Positions 1 through 10,389 of a DNA stretch of 64,000 bases are shown here, piece after piece. Position 1 is the first letter of the stretch, and each line of letters opens with the position of its first letter. The stretch spans positions 214,082 to 278,081 of the forward strand of contig JBIJDH010000007.1 of NCBI GenBank assembly GCA_044344255.1. Direction: 5' to 3'. The DNA is from Myxococcota bacterium. GTDB taxonomy: Bacteria; Myxococcota_A; UBA796; UBA2385. The translations under genes were made by a program, and so were the position numbers. Below the pieces are notes generated by a model that saw nothing but the letters and a program-made list of their open reading frames with translations, did not search any database and was not told where the DNA came from.

Positions 1-651
1 GAGCGTGGCCTCGTGGCTCCACTCGTCGACCATCGGCACGAGGAGTGTGCCAGCGGAGAGGAGCAGGGCCGGCGGGATCTCCTCGAGCGGGCGGGCGACG
101 AGCATCGGCCGGTCGGCGTCGAGGCCACGCTGGTGCAGGCAGCGGGCGATGTGGCGGCGGCCGCTGCCCGTCTCTCCTTGGACGAGGACCGTGCTGCGGA
201 CCAGCGCGACCTTGCCCACCTCATCGCGGATGCGGCGCGTGTCGGCGCTCTCACCGACGATGCTGTCCCAGCCGTCCTGGGGCTTTCGGTAGTCGCGGAC
301 CCGGCGCAAGAGCTGGTCGGCCGTCACCGGCTTGGTCAGGAAGTCGAGGGCGCCGAGGCGCATGGCCTCTACCGCGGTCTCGACCGAGCCGAAGGCGGTG
401 AACACAATGGCGTCCACCGGCGGGACGCAGGCCCGCGCCGCCTGGACGACGGCGAGGCCGTCTACGGGCTCCATGCGCAGATCGGTGAGCACGAGGTCGG
501 TCGGCTTCGACCTCAGCCGCTCAATGGCGCTGCGCCCATCATAGAAGACCTCGACGGAGTGCCCCTCGCGGCCGAGCAAGATCGCGATGGCCTCCGCCGC
601 GGACCGATGGTCATCCACGACGAGGAGGTTCAGTCGAACTCCCGAGCTCAT
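1..651 (-). CDS. NtrC-like response regulator (REC + degenerate AAA+), 3' end outside the window
   Basis: Manual translation from ATG at 651 (ATGA overlap with the kinase stop): MSSGVRLNLLVVDD...DLVLTDLRMEPVDG...FTAFGSVETAVEAMRLGALDFLTKP (receiver), then IVGES...VLVQGETGSGR. Missing from the ORF track. Confidence 0.9.
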   Translation of the reverse strand, partial: MSSGVRLNLLVVDDHRSAAEAIAILLGREGHSVEVFYDGRSAIERLRSKPTDLVLTDLRMEPVDGLAVVQAARACVPPVDAIVFTAFGSVETAVEAMRLGALDFLTKPVTADQLLRRVRDYRKPQDGWDSIVGESADTRRIRDEVGKVALVRSTVLVQGETGSGRRHIARCLHQRGLDADRPMLVARPLEEIPPALLLSAGTLLVPMVDEWSHEATL

Positions 652-2120
652 GTCGTCTCACCGCCTCCGAGGGGCAGCGTCGCGGTGAACCGCGCGCCAC
701 GCAAGGGGGAGTCCTCACATCGCAGCGTGCCACCATGCGCGTCTACGACCTGCTTCACGAGCGCGAGCCCGAGCCCCGTGCCCCCGGGCTTGGATGAATA
801 ATATGGCTGAAAGATGCGCTCACGCAGGTGGGGGGGCACACCGGGGCCGTCATCGTCGACGATGAGCATGACCTGCTTGCCGCGCGGCAAGACGCTCACG
901 GTGACCTGGCCGCCGGATGAACGCCCGGAGAACTCGATCGCGTTCAGCAGCAGGTTCTCCATGGCGCGGCGGATGAGAGAGCCGTCCAGCGTCGCCGAGA
1001 GGCGGCCCGGCGCTTGGACCAGCAGGGAGACCTTGCGGGCTCGCGCGGTGGGGTCGGCGAGGGCCGCCGCGCGCTTGACGAGCTCGACCACGTCCACGGG
1101 CTCGCGGGAGACCTGGAGGGGGCCGCTGCCGCGGAGGAAGCGTTGGACGACGCCCTCAAGCACGTGGATCTCGTCTTCGATCTTGAACAGCAGCTTCTCT
1201 TGGGTGTCCCGGTCGGGCTCGGTGCGGGCCAGGGTGCTCAGCAGGGACAAGCTCTGCAGCGGGTTGCGGACCTCGTGGGCGACCATCGACGAGAGCTGCT
1301 TGACGACCGCCATCCGGCCCTGGATGTCGTCCTCTCGGGCTTCGAAGCTGCTCGCGAGGGCGTTGACGGCGCGGGCGAGCTGCGCGATCTCCTCGGGCCC
1401 GCGGGGGTTGACCCGCATCCCGCGCGCGCCGGAGGCCACCTTGGCGGCGTAGTCCGAGATCTCTCGAACCGGAGAGAGAAGCCATCGAACGCCGAAGATC
1501 ACGACCAGGCCGGCGACGGAGCTCAGCCCCAACAGGAGCGAGGTCGTACGACGTCGGGCCGCGGCGAGGGGTACGAGGTATTCGGCCTCCGCGACGGCGA
1601 TGATCGTGCCGATCGGCGCGCCGCGGCCGTCTTGGTAGATCGGGGAGCAGGCCGCGAAGAGGGCGAGGCCCTCGAACTCGAAGAGGGTGGCGTCGGGGCG
1701 CTCCTGCTCGAGCTCGGGCTCGACTCCGTCGGCGGGGGGGCTCGTCCGGCAGGCGCGGCGCAGGTCCGGGCGGAGGGGCGCGCCATACTGGCGGCCTTGG
1801 GCGGCGGGGGAGGAGGCGACCAGGTCCCAGGTGGGCGTGACCAGGAGCAGCTCACGGATCTGCGCGGTGGAGCGCGCCTCGTCGAGCAGCTGCTCCATCG
1901 GCATCCGCGCTCCGCCCAGCGCCGCGCTCAGCGCCTCGGGGGTGGGGCTTTGGCTGTAGGCGGGGAGGACCGACTGGAGCAAGGTCGAAGACATACGAGC
2001 GACGACGCTGAGCTGGCGCCCCTCGTCGGCCTCTTGACGTTGGCCGGAGTCTCGCACGGCGGGCAGCCAGGCCGTGGCGATCGAGGCCGCCACGATACCT
2101 CCGGCCGCCAACGACAACAT
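648..2120 (-). CDS. HAMP-domain sensor histidine kinase
   Basis: TM segments, HAMP (GPEEIAQLARAVN), H-box VAHEVRNPL, N-box ENLLLNAIE, DDGPG, GGTGLGL. Start at ATG 2120 is my choice. Confidence 0.92.
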   Translation of the reverse strand: MLSLAAGGIVAASIATAWLPAVRDSGQRQEADEGRQLSVVARMSSTLLQSVLPAYSQSPTPEALSAALGGARMPMEQLLDEARSTAQIRELLLVTPTWDLVASSPAAQGRQYGAPLRPDLRRACRTSPPADGVEPELEQERPDATLFEFEGLALFAACSPIYQDGRGAPIGTIIAVAEAEYLVPLAAARRRTTSLLLGLSSVAGLVVIFGVRWLLSPVREISDYAAKVASGARGMRVNPRGPEEIAQLARAVNALASSFEAREDDIQGRMAVVKQLSSMVAHEVRNPLQSLSLLSTLARTEPDRDTQEKLLFKIEDEIHVLEGVVQRFLRGSGPLQVSREPVDVVELVKRAAALADPTARARKVSLLVQAPGRLSATLDGSLIRRAMENLLLNAIEFSGRSSGGQVTVSVLPRGKQVMLIVDDDGPGVPPHLRERIFQPYYSSKPGGTGLGLALVKQVVDAHGGTLRCEDSPLRGARFTATLPLGGGETT

Positions 2121-2166
2121 CGTGCTGGCGGACCCGACCGGCAGGCGCAGGGCGATGCGGGGCGCC

Positions 2167-2451
2167 CTACTGGACGGCGAACTGTGAGGTGGACTCGGCC
2201 TTGCCGGACTCCTTGTCCGTGGTCTCCTCTTCGACGCGCTGGCGGAGGAGCAGGCCCTCCCGCCCGGTGAGCACGTAGCCGTCATTGGCGACGCTCGGCC
2301 GCTTGAGGTCGGCCTGAGTGGTCATCGAGGCGCTGTAGGCGCGCGCGAAGTCGTACTGGAGGTGGGTGGGGGTCCCGCAGGCTCCGAGCAGGAGCGCGGC
2401 CAAAGAGAGGGGCCCGAGGGGGCGAGGGGAGCGCGGCGCGGCGTGGCTCAT
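2167..2451 (-). CDS. small lipoprotein in the Tad operon
   Basis: Lipobox LLGAC; start overlaps the tadD stop. Confidence 0.75.
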   Translation of the reverse strand: MSHAAPRSPRPLGPLSLAALLLGACGTPTHLQYDFARAYSASMTTQADLKRPSVANDGYVLTGREGLLLRQRVEEETTDKESGKAESTSQFAVQ

Positions 2452-3218
2452 GGCGACTTCTCCGGTGCAGGGGGCGCGAGGCGGTGGATGGCTTCCTCGG
2501 CCGAGCGGAAATTGGGGTTGGCCTTCAGAGCGGACCTGTAGTGGCCGAGGGCGGCTGCGCCATCTCCGCGCAGCTCAAGCCCATAGGCGAGGTTGTAGTG
2601 AGCGTCTGCCTCGGCGCCGGCGGCGCGGAAGACCCGCCAGGCCTCCTGCTCCTTGCCAGCGGCGACCAGGGCGAAGCCGAGGTTGTTCTTGGTGAGCGGC
2701 TTGGATGCGTCGAGCTTCAGCGCACGTCGGAGGGGGGCCACGGCGTCGGCCGGGCGACCGGCGGCCATGAGCGCGAAGCCCAGGTTGTTCTCGATGTCGG
2801 CTCGGTCCTCGGCGAGGCGGGCCGCGTTCTCGAAGGCCTGCACGGAGAGCTCGAGCTCCTTCCGATCCATGCGCACGATGCCGAGCTGGTTCCAGGCGTC
2901 GGCGTTGCGGGAGTGGCGGGCCACCACGCGCTCCAGCATGTCGGCGGCGTCGTCGAGGAGGCCGATCTGACCGAGGGCGCGCGCTTGGAGCACGTCGATG
3001 TCGGGGCCGTCCGTGCCCTCGGCGCGCATCTGCCCGAGCAGGCTCAGGGCCTGCTCCGCCGCGCCCCCCTCCAACATGGCGGTCGCCAGCTCGAGCTTGG
3101 CCCGCTCCCGGCCGTTCTGGGTGCTCCACGCGGGCGCGGGCTCAACCACCGTCGGCAGCTTCTTCTTGCCGCAGGCGAAGAGGAGCACGGTCGCCAGGAG
3201 CAGCGTGGAGCGCATCAT
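2448..3218 (-). CDS. tadD: TPR lipoprotein, TadD-like pilotin
   Basis: Lipobox LFAC, TPR repeats (AWNQLG, ENNLGFAL, KNNLGFAL, AHYNLA), position after tadC. Confidence 0.8.
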   Translation of the reverse strand: MMRSTLLLATVLLFACGKKKLPTVVEPAPAWSTQNGRERAKLELATAMLEGGAAEQALSLLGQMRAEGTDGPDIDVLQARALGQIGLLDDAADMLERVVARHSRNADAWNQLGIVRMDRKELELSVQAFENAARLAEDRADIENNLGFALMAAGRPADAVAPLRRALKLDASKPLTKNNLGFALVAAGKEQEAWRVFRAAGAEADAHYNLAYGLELRGDGAAALGHYRSALKANPNFRSAEEAIHRLAPPAPEKSP

Positions 3219-4180
3219 CTCCCCCCGTTGAGCAGGGGCATCAGGTTCCGGTAGAGGTTGATACCCGCGGGGCCCACCAGAACGACGAAGAGGGCAGGCA
3301 TGATGAACAGGATCATCACGACCGTGAGCTTGGGAGAGATCTTGGCGGCGGCCTCTTCGGCGCTGAGCATGCGCTTCTTGCGGACGAGCTCCGAGTGGAT
3401 CCGGAGGGCGCGAGCCACGCTGGTGCCGAATCGTTCCGCTTGAACGAGCGTGTTGACGAGGGAGTTGACCTCGGCCAGGCCGGTGCGGTAGTCGAGGCGC
3501 CGCAGCGCGTCGAGGCGCGGCAGCCCCGCCGCTGTCTCGTGGTTCACCATCTGGAGCTCGCGGGCGAGCTCGGGCGCGGCGCTCTCCATCTCGGCGGCTA
3601 CCCGGCGCAGGGCCGCGTCGAGCCCGAGCCCGGCCTCCACGGAGCTCACGAGGAGGTCGAGGGCGTCCGGGAAGGGCCGGAGGAGGGTCTCCTTTCGGGC
3701 GGCCAGGCGGAACCGGAGCATGAGCGTCGGGCCGAAGTAGCCGACCGAGGCGCCCAGAGTGCCGAAGAAGGTGGTGTAGAGCCAGAATTTGAAGCGTGGG
3801 AGATCGTCGGGCAGGAAGTGCAGCACTGGCATGAGGAGCAGTGCGGGCACGACGATCAGCATGATCACCCGGAGCACGCTGTAGATCTCGAGGGCGTTGC
3901 GGTTTCGGAAGCCGGCGACCACGAGCTCCCTTCGCAGCTTGTCAGACTCATCCTCGTCTTTCGGGCGGGCCAGCGAGGCGATGTTCGAGGTCACCGAGGC
4001 GGTGGTGGACATGTTCACGAGGGAGTCGGCCTCGCGACGCCCTCCGGTGAGGTCGACCACGCGGTCTCGGGCGGTGCGCTCCGGGTTGAGGAGCTTCATG
4101 ACGCCGTAGAACAGGGCCCCCATCGAGATGAAGGTGGCCGCGACGACGACCGCGCCGAACTGTTCGAGATCGATGCCCAT
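3215..4180 (-). CDS. tadC: Tad inner-membrane platform protein TadC
   Basis: FPDALDLLVSSVEAGLGLDAAL, QAERFGTSVARALR, AEEAAAKISPKL. Confidence 0.93.
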   Translation of the reverse strand: MGIDLEQFGAVVVAATFISMGALFYGVMKLLNPERTARDRVVDLTGGRREADSLVNMSTTASVTSNIASLARPKDEDESDKLRRELVVAGFRNRNALEIYSVLRVIMLIVVPALLLMPVLHFLPDDLPRFKFWLYTTFFGTLGASVGYFGPTLMLRFRLAARKETLLRPFPDALDLLVSSVEAGLGLDAALRRVAAEMESAAPELARELQMVNHETAAGLPRLDALRRLDYRTGLAEVNSLVNTLVQAERFGTSVARALRIHSELVRKKRMLSAEEAAAKISPKLTVVMILFIMPALFVVLVGPAGINLYRNLMPLLNGGR

Positions 4181-4181
4181 C

Positions 4182-5141
4182 TTAGACGTCCACCTGGGTC
4201 ATGCGGTACATCACGAAGGCACCGCTGCTGAACATTCCGAGCGCCAGCGCGGCGAGGAAGTTGCCGATGGAGTCTGTCCACAGGATGGCGAGGTAGTCTC
4301 GTTTCATCACGAAGATGATGGAGAACACCACGAAGGGCAGGCAGCCGAGGATGATCGCCGAGGCCTTGGCCTCGGAGGTGAGCGCGTTGACCTTGGCGTG
4401 GAACACGAAGCGGTCGCGGACGGTCTGCGAGATGTTGGTCAGGATCTCGATCAGATTTCCGCCCGTGTCTCGCTGGAGATTCACCGAGCTGACGAAGATT
4501 CGGAGGTCGAAATTCCGTGGGTTTCGCACCGAGAAGTTGTTCAGACACTCTCGGAAGTCACGACCGAGGTTGTGCTCCTCGTAGACCCGGGCGAATTCGA
4601 AGGAGATCGGCGGCTGCATCTCTTCGGCGCAGAGCCGGATCGCGTCGGAGAGCCCATGGCCCGCTTGAAGCGAGCGACCGATGAGGTCGAGCGCGTCGGG
4701 GAGCTGCTCGGAGAGCTGTTCGGCGCGGCTGTTCGCCTGCGAGTTGGCGATGAGCACGGGGATGAACGCCGTGAACAGACCGACCAGACAGACCGCGCTC
4801 TTGGTGATCACGAAGAGGGTGACCGTGGTGACGAGCACCCACAAGAACATCCGGACCAGGAGGCCCTGGATCGTCAGGCCCACGCCGGTCTGCCGGACGA
4901 GGCTCTCGAGCGAGGTGCCCAAGGCCCCGAAGCTCTCGGCCATCGGGTCTCGGTTCTGCAGGATGAACAGGCTCTCGAGGTCTTGATCGTAGGTGGTGCC
5001 CAGCCGGCGGGAGATCTCCTGGGCCCGGCCCTCCTCACGACCCTGCCATCCCCAGAAGAGGAAGCCGCTCACCAGGAGGACGCCGATGAAGACGGCGCCA
5101 GAGACCACAATGACCGTGACGGGGGGCATCGCGTTCCTCAC
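4182..5141 (-). CDS. tadB: Tad inner-membrane platform protein TadB
   Basis: EQLPDALDLIGRSLQAGH, QRDTGGNLIEIL, KVNALTSEAK. Confidence 0.93.
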   Translation of the reverse strand: MRNAMPPVTVIVVSGAVFIGVLLVSGFLFWGWQGREEGRAQEISRRLGTTYDQDLESLFILQNRDPMAESFGALGTSLESLVRQTGVGLTIQGLLVRMFLWVLVTTVTLFVITKSAVCLVGLFTAFIPVLIANSQANSRAEQLSEQLPDALDLIGRSLQAGHGLSDAIRLCAEEMQPPISFEFARVYEEHNLGRDFRECLNNFSVRNPRNFDLRIFVSSVNLQRDTGGNLIEILTNISQTVRDRFVFHAKVNALTSEAKASAIILGCLPFVVFSIIFVMKRDYLAILWTDSIGNFLAALALGMFSSGAFVMYRMTQVDV

Positions 5142-6481
5142 ACGTCCAGGCGGTATCGGAAGAGCTCGCTCGGGAGCTGAATGCCCACCATCGCGAGGCG
5201 ACCCATGAACTTGGGCCGGACGCCGGAGGACAAGAAGGCGCCGCGCACCTTGCCCTCGTCATCCACCGTCTTCTGATTGAAGGTGAAGATGTCCTGCGTC
5301 GTGATGACCGAACCCTCCATGCCGGTGATCTCGGTGAAGGCGAGGACGCGGCGGGAGCCGTCGGAGAGGCGGTCGAGCTGGATGATGCCGTCGAGGGCGC
5401 GGGCGATCATCTCGCGGATGTTCTTGTCGCCGAGGTTCGGCATCCCCATCCCGATCATGGTCTCGAGGCGGGCGAGAGCGTCGCGGGTAGAGTTGGCGTG
5501 AACGGTGGCCAGCGAACCTTCATGGCCGGTGTTCATCGCCTGGAGCATGTCGATGGCCTCGGCGCCGCGGATCTCACCGAGGATGATGCGGTCGGGGCGC
5601 ATGCGGAGGGCGTTCTTGACGAGATCCCGGGCGGTGACCTCGCCCCGCCCCTCGAGGTTGGCCGGGCGGGTCTCCAGGCGGACGACGTGAGCGCCTTGGA
5701 GCTGGAGCTCGGCGGCGTCCTCGATGGTCAGCACGCGCTCGCCGCTGGGCACGCTGTTCGACAGCACGTTCAGCATCGTCGTCTTGCCGGAGCCGGTGCC
5801 CCCGCTGATGAGGATGTTGAGCTTGGCCTTCACGCAGGCCTTGAGCAGGTCCATCAAGGGCGCGGGGCAGGACCCATACGCGACGAGGTCGTCGGCGGTG
5901 ATGGGCACGGTGCCGAAGCGGCGAATGGAGACCGTCGGGCCGTCGAGCGCCAGGGGCGGGATGATGGCGTTGAAGCGGCTCCCGTCTTGGAGACGGGCGT
6001 CCACCATCGGGTTGGTCTCGTCGATACGACGACCGACCGCGCTGACGATGCGATCGATGATCTGCATGAGGTGCGCGGAGCTGTTGAAGCGCACATCCGA
6101 CTTCTGTAGCTTGCCCTTCCGCTCTACGTAGACCGTCTCATGGCCGTTGATCAGGATGTCCGAGATCTCGGGATCGCGGAGCAGGGGCTCGAGGGGGCCG
6201 AGCCCCATGATCTCGTCGAGGATCTCCTCGACGAGCCGCTCCCGCTCGAGGCGGTTGAGGGGGAGCTGCCGCGCCTCGACGGTGTCCGAGAGCGTGTTCC
6301 GGAGCCGGCTGGCGAGCTCCTCCCGGGGTGTGCGACCGACCTGCTCGAAGTCCAACGACTCGATCAGCTCGCGGTGGAGCTGGTTCTTGATGCGGTCGAA
6401 CTCGACAGAGTCCGTCGGCATCCCCGCCTTCAGGGGCTGGTGGGCCCTGCGGACGCGGTCGATCAGGCGAGAGGGCGTCAT
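5138..6481 (-). CDS. cpaF: Tad assembly ATPase CpaF/TadA
   Basis: GLGPLEPLL, Walker [37 protein letters not shown]. Confidence 0.96.
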   Translation of the reverse strand: MTPSRLIDRVRRAHQPLKAGMPTDSVEFDRIKNQLHRELIESLDFEQVGRTPREELASRLRNTLSDTVEARQLPLNRLERERLVEEILDEIMGLGPLEPLLRDPEISDILINGHETVYVERKGKLQKSDVRFNSSAHLMQIIDRIVSAVGRRIDETNPMVDARLQDGSRFNAIIPPLALDGPTVSIRRFGTVPITADDLVAYGSCPAPLMDLLKACVKAKLNILISGGTGSGKTTMLNVLSNSVPSGERVLTIEDAAELQLQGAHVVRLETRPANLEGRGEVTARDLVKNALRMRPDRIILGEIRGAEAIDMLQAMNTGHEGSLATVHANSTRDALARLETMIGMGMPNLGDKNIREMIARALDGIIQLDRLSDGSRRVLAFTEITGMEGSVITTQDIFTFNQKTVDDEGKVRGAFLSSGVRPKFMGRLAMVGIQLPSELFRYRLDV

Positions 6482-6527
6482 CCGTGGCGTTTCCAGGTGG
6501 AGGGTGCGTCAGGTCAGGCGGTTCGGA

Positions 6528-7706
6528 CTACTTCTTGAACAGGTGCCAGAAGGGCTTCGAGCCGCCTCCGGTCTCCACCTTCGCGGCTCGCTCGGTGACC
6601 AGCGGGACCGTGGCTTGGATGTCCAGGCAGGCCGGGGAGCGACGATCGATGTCGCGCAGCAGCTTGCCGACGTTCGCCGCCTTGTTGCAGGTGGCGTGGT
6701 CAGACGTGATGGTCGCGGCCACCTCGATGCCGAGGTTCGACTCGATGTCCTTGAGGTTGAGCTCTGCGCCCTTACCCCATTGGTTGATGATGAGGCGGAT
6801 GGCGTCCTTCTCGAGGCCGAGGCGCTCCAGCATCTGGAGGCGGCGCCAGCAGTTCTTCACCGCGACGACGGTGGGCGTGCAGACGAGCAGCACCACGTCG
6901 GCCACGGTGGTGGCGATGAGGGTCGCCTCGTCGATGCGCCCCCCGCAGTCCACGATGACGTACTGGTAGGCGTCGGCGGTGGCGGTGAGGACCTGGAGGA
7001 TGTCCTCGCCGCGGATCTCGTCCTTCTCGTTGATCTCATTCGGCTGCGAGAGCACGTGCACCTTGGAGGGATGCACCGCCACCGAGCCGTTGAGCATCCG
7101 CTCGTCGAGCCGGGCCAGGTTGCGCAGCACGTCGTGAATCGAGCTCTGCGGGCGCAGGTCGAGGTAGACGGCGACGTCTCCCATCGAGAAGTCGAGGTCG
7201 ACCACGCACACCCGCTCGACGGCCGAGAGCTCGGCGGCGAGGTTGATTGCGTAGGTCGTGACGCCAGCGCCGCCCTTGGTGCCGAGCACCGCGATGACCT
7301 TGCCCTGGTCGTCATCTTCGGAGGTATAGGCCGAGTCGTGGACCGCCCGCCGGAGCAGCTCTCCGTCTTCGGGCAAGACGACGTACTCGCGGTAGCCGGC
7401 GCGCATCGCCGAGCGGATCCGCTCGGGATCGGGCTTCTCCGAGATGGCGACCATGTGGAGGCCGTTGACCTCTACGGAGAGCGCTTGACCGAGGCGGACG
7501 GCCTCTTCGTAGTTGGCGTCGAAGCCCATCACCAGCACGTTGGGGCGGGTCTTCCGCACCACCTGCATGGCGTCTTCGTATGACGTCGAGTTGGTCGGGA
7601 GCACCGCCTCGGTGCCGAGGCAGTCCCGAATCAACCCCATCCCCTTGCTGGACACGCCGACCACGACGATGGAGGCGGCGCCTCGGGTCAGCCTTCCTGT
7701 TCGCAT
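6528..7706 (-). CDS. cpaE: CpaE/TadZ pilus localisation protein (pseudo-REC + MinD-like)
   Basis: AMRAGYREY, deviant Walker A KGGAGVTT, VDLDFSMGD. Confidence 0.9.
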   Translation of the reverse strand: MRTGRLTRGAASIVVVGVSSKGMGLIRDCLGTEAVLPTNSTSYEDAMQVVRKTRPNVLVMGFDANYEEAVRLGQALSVEVNGLHMVAISEKPDPERIRSAMRAGYREYVVLPEDGELLRRAVHDSAYTSEDDDQGKVIAVLGTKGGAGVTTYAINLAAELSAVERVCVVDLDFSMGDVAVYLDLRPQSSIHDVLRNLARLDERMLNGSVAVHPSKVHVLSQPNEINEKDEIRGEDILQVLTATADAYQYVIVDCGGRIDEATLIATTVADVVLLVCTPTVVAVKNCWRRLQMLERLGLEKDAIRLIINQWGKGAELNLKDIESNLGIEVAATITSDHATCNKAANVGKLLRDIDRRSPACLDIQATVPLVTERAAKVETGGGSKPFWHLFKK

Positions 7707-7742
7707 CTGCTCAATTCCTCCAAGGTGATGGCCCTGAAGGGC

Positions 7743-9164
7743 TCATCGTGCGAGTCCGACCGGGCCCGTGGGCTGAGCTGCCTGGGAGCCGACCCGGTGG
7801 TCGAGCCCGAGCAGGAACAGCTCAAAGTCGTTCGGGTTGTTGTCCTCCGTTGTCCCCGGAGCGGCCGGCACCTCGCCAGCGGCCATGGGCCGAACGAGGC
7901 GCGGCGTGACGAAGATCATCAGCTCGTCTTCCGTGCGCCTGTGCTGGACGTATCGAAAGAGGGCGCCGAGCACCGGGATGTCGCCGAGCACCGGCACCTT
8001 GGCGTACGTGGCCCGCATGCTCTCGTGCATCATGCCGGCCATGGCGAAGGTCTTGCCGCTCTCGACGCGCAGGTGAGACTGGGACTTTCGAGAGATGAAG
8101 CCGGGGATCTCGATGCCCGTGAGGCGGATCGAGGTGGCGGCGTCTACATCGCTGACCTCGACGTACACCCGCATGTCCACGACGTCGCCGCCGAGCACGG
8201 TGGGCACGAAGACCAGCTTGACGCCGTACTCCTTGAACTCGATGGTGATGCGGCTGCCGAACTGGGCGACGGGGATGGGGATCTCACCGCCGGCCAGGAA
8301 TTCGGCCTGCTGGCCGGAGAGGGCCACCAGCGTCGGCCGCGCGAGGATCTTCGAGATGCTGTTCTGCTCCAGAACGGAGAGGATCGCGCTCACGTTGATG
8401 GGCTGGCCGATCACGCCGAGCAGGTTGAAGGTGCCCGACGAGGGAGAAGGCATCGAGCCGTCCCCGTTGACGTAGCCGTTCAAGCTGGGGTTCCCGATGG
8501 TCGTCGAGTAGGTCAGGTTCGGGCCCTGGAGACCGGCAGCCAGGGGCTGGGCCTGGCCGTTGTAGGTGAAGACCGGGTTGGTGCCGCTGCCCCAGAGGGT
8601 GTTGAGGCCCATCTCGCGCAGCGCCGTGCGGTTCACCTCGGCGAAGACCACCTCCAGCTGGATCTGGTGGTCGCCCGTCACGTTCATCAGGTTGACGAAC
8701 TCGGGATCGTAGATCTTGGCGAGATCGCTGATCTGCTCCAAGGTCTGGACGCTGTTCACCGGGCCGTCCACCGCGATGCGATCGACGAGGGGGTACACCT
8801 TCGGGGCCTGGCCGGCGGTGATCTGGTCGAGGCGCCGCACGAGGCCCGAGAGATCCCGGTGGACGGTGAGCTCGAAGTTCGCCGGGTGAGCCATGTCGTC
8901 GCGGTACCAGACCCAGAGGTCGGTCGAGCCGACCTCGAGGCCGCGCACCTGGAACTGGTCCTGGTCGAGGAGCTTGAGCTCGGCGACCTTGTCGTCGCTG
9001 ATCAACACCCGACCGATGCTTCGGTCCTGGCGGAAGATCACCGACTGTCCAACCTCGACGTCCATCCACGGCGTCTTGGTGGCGTCTTCGGCCCACGCGG
9101 AGGCGGGGGAGAGCGCGCCGAGCAGCAGCCCGGTGAGGGGGAGGAATTGGTTTCTGAGGTGCAT
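7743..9164 (-). CDS. cpaC: secretin CpaC/RcpA
   Basis: Signal peptide; LARPTLVALSGQQAEFLAGGEIPIP, FKEYGVKL, KVPVLGDIPVLGALF. Confidence 0.95.
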   Translation of the reverse strand: MHLRNQFLPLTGLLLGALSPASAWAEDATKTPWMDVEVGQSVIFRQDRSIGRVLISDDKVAELKLLDQDQFQVRGLEVGSTDLWVWYRDDMAHPANFELTVHRDLSGLVRRLDQITAGQAPKVYPLVDRIAVDGPVNSVQTLEQISDLAKIYDPEFVNLMNVTGDHQIQLEVVFAEVNRTALREMGLNTLWGSGTNPVFTYNGQAQPLAAGLQGPNLTYSTTIGNPSLNGYVNGDGSMPSPSSGTFNLLGVIGQPINVSAILSVLEQNSISKILARPTLVALSGQQAEFLAGGEIPIPVAQFGSRITIEFKEYGVKLVFVPTVLGGDVVDMRVYVEVSDVDAATSIRLTGIEIPGFISRKSQSHLRVESGKTFAMAGMMHESMRATYAKVPVLGDIPVLGALFRYVQHRRTEDELMIFVTPRLVRPMAAGEVPAAPGTTEDNNPNDFELFLLGLDHRVGSQAAQPTGPVGLAR

Positions 9165-9223
9165 CCGAATCTGCTCCAGCCCGTTCGGGCAAATCCAATC
9201 GCTCGGTTGCGCTGAGCCGGGGC

Positions 9224-10306
9224 TCAGCGGCGGCGGCCGCCCTGCTCTTCCACCTTCTGCCCGCTCGCGTCCAGCTCAATGGTGCTCGAGGTCGACCCCT
9301 GGATCACCTCCGCGGACAGCCCCTTCGGGGTCTCCGGCGGGGGCCTCGTGGTCTTCGCCGGCACGGTGACGATGGTCGCGGTCTTGGCCGGATCGTCAGC
9401 GAAGCCGAGGATCTCACGGGTGGTCATGAAGCGGCTGTCGCTGCTCTCGGCCGTGAGGTTGTCATTGTCGCTGCGCAGCACGAGGTGGACGTCCCCACGG
9501 GAGGCGGAGAGGGCGAGGCGCTCGGCGTCCTCGGGGGTCACCTGAAGCGTGACGGAGGGCTTGGTGCGCTTGGTGGACTTCCGTGCGGCCGGGCCCTGCT
9601 TGGGGGCCGCCTCCTTGTCCTCCGCCTCGCCCTTCTTGCCCTTGGCCTGCCCCTTGGTACCCTTCTTCACCGCATCGGTGATCTGGCTGCTGGTGGTGCC
9701 GCCGTCGAGCAGATCGCCCACCGCCAGCACGGTCACGTCCTGGAGGATGGTCTCGGTCACCCACTTCGCCTCGGTGAAGCGCTCGTCCGGCTTGATGGTG
9801 ACGATGACATCGACGCGGTTGCCGGGGACGAGGAAGCCGGCGAGGCTCGACTGCGTGCCGACCTCGATGGTCATGGCCCGCATTCCGGGCTTGATGAGCG
9901 CGTTGAGGCCTCCGCCGAAGCCGGCGATGCGCTCGGATCGAACGGGCTCACCGGCGAGGATCACCGACTTGGGGGTGAGCGGGCGGTCGTTGTTGGCGTT
10001 GGGATCGGTGGGGTCTGCGCTGCGGCGGAAGGCGGTGGTGTCGGAAAAGACGTAGTCGCCGGGCACCGAGCCGGGCAGCATGTCGCGCACCTCGATGTCC
10101 GCCTCGGTGATGGGCACGCCGATGAGGAGATCGTGCTTGGCCACCACGACCTGCACCTTGTCGAAGTTCTTGGCCTGCTTCACCTGGTCGCGGGCCTGCT
10201 GCATCACCATCCAGACCCCGTAGGAGGTGATCCCAGCCACGCCCAAGGCGCCCAGGAGAAAAAGGGTGGCCTTGAGTCGTCCACCGGTTTGCTGGCGCTG
10301 CGACAT
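9224..10306 (-). CDS. cpaB: Flp pilus assembly protein CpaB/RcpC
   Basis: N-terminal TM, SAF (VVVAKHDL), PGMRAMTIEV, GFLVPGNRVDV, VTLQVTPEDAERL. Confidence 0.93.
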   Translation of the reverse strand: MSQRQQTGGRLKATLFLLGALGVAGITSYGVWMVMQQARDQVKQAKNFDKVQVVVAKHDLLIGVPITEADIEVRDMLPGSVPGDYVFSDTTAFRRSADPTDPNANNDRPLTPKSVILAGEPVRSERIAGFGGGLNALIKPGMRAMTIEVGTQSSLAGFLVPGNRVDVIVTIKPDERFTEAKWVTETILQDVTVLAVGDLLDGGTTSSQITDAVKKGTKGQAKGKKGEAEDKEAAPKQGPAARKSTKRTKPSVTLQVTPEDAERLALSASRGDVHLVLRSDNDNLTAESSDSRFMTTREILGFADDPAKTATIVTVPAKTTRPPPETPKGLSAEVIQGSTSSTIELDASGQKVEEQGGRRR

Positions 10307-10389
10307 ACGGTCTCCGCTGCGAGGATCGCCCAGCTATCGCGACGCCCGGGATCAAACCACAGGAGCGCACGGATGCACGGGGGGTGGGG

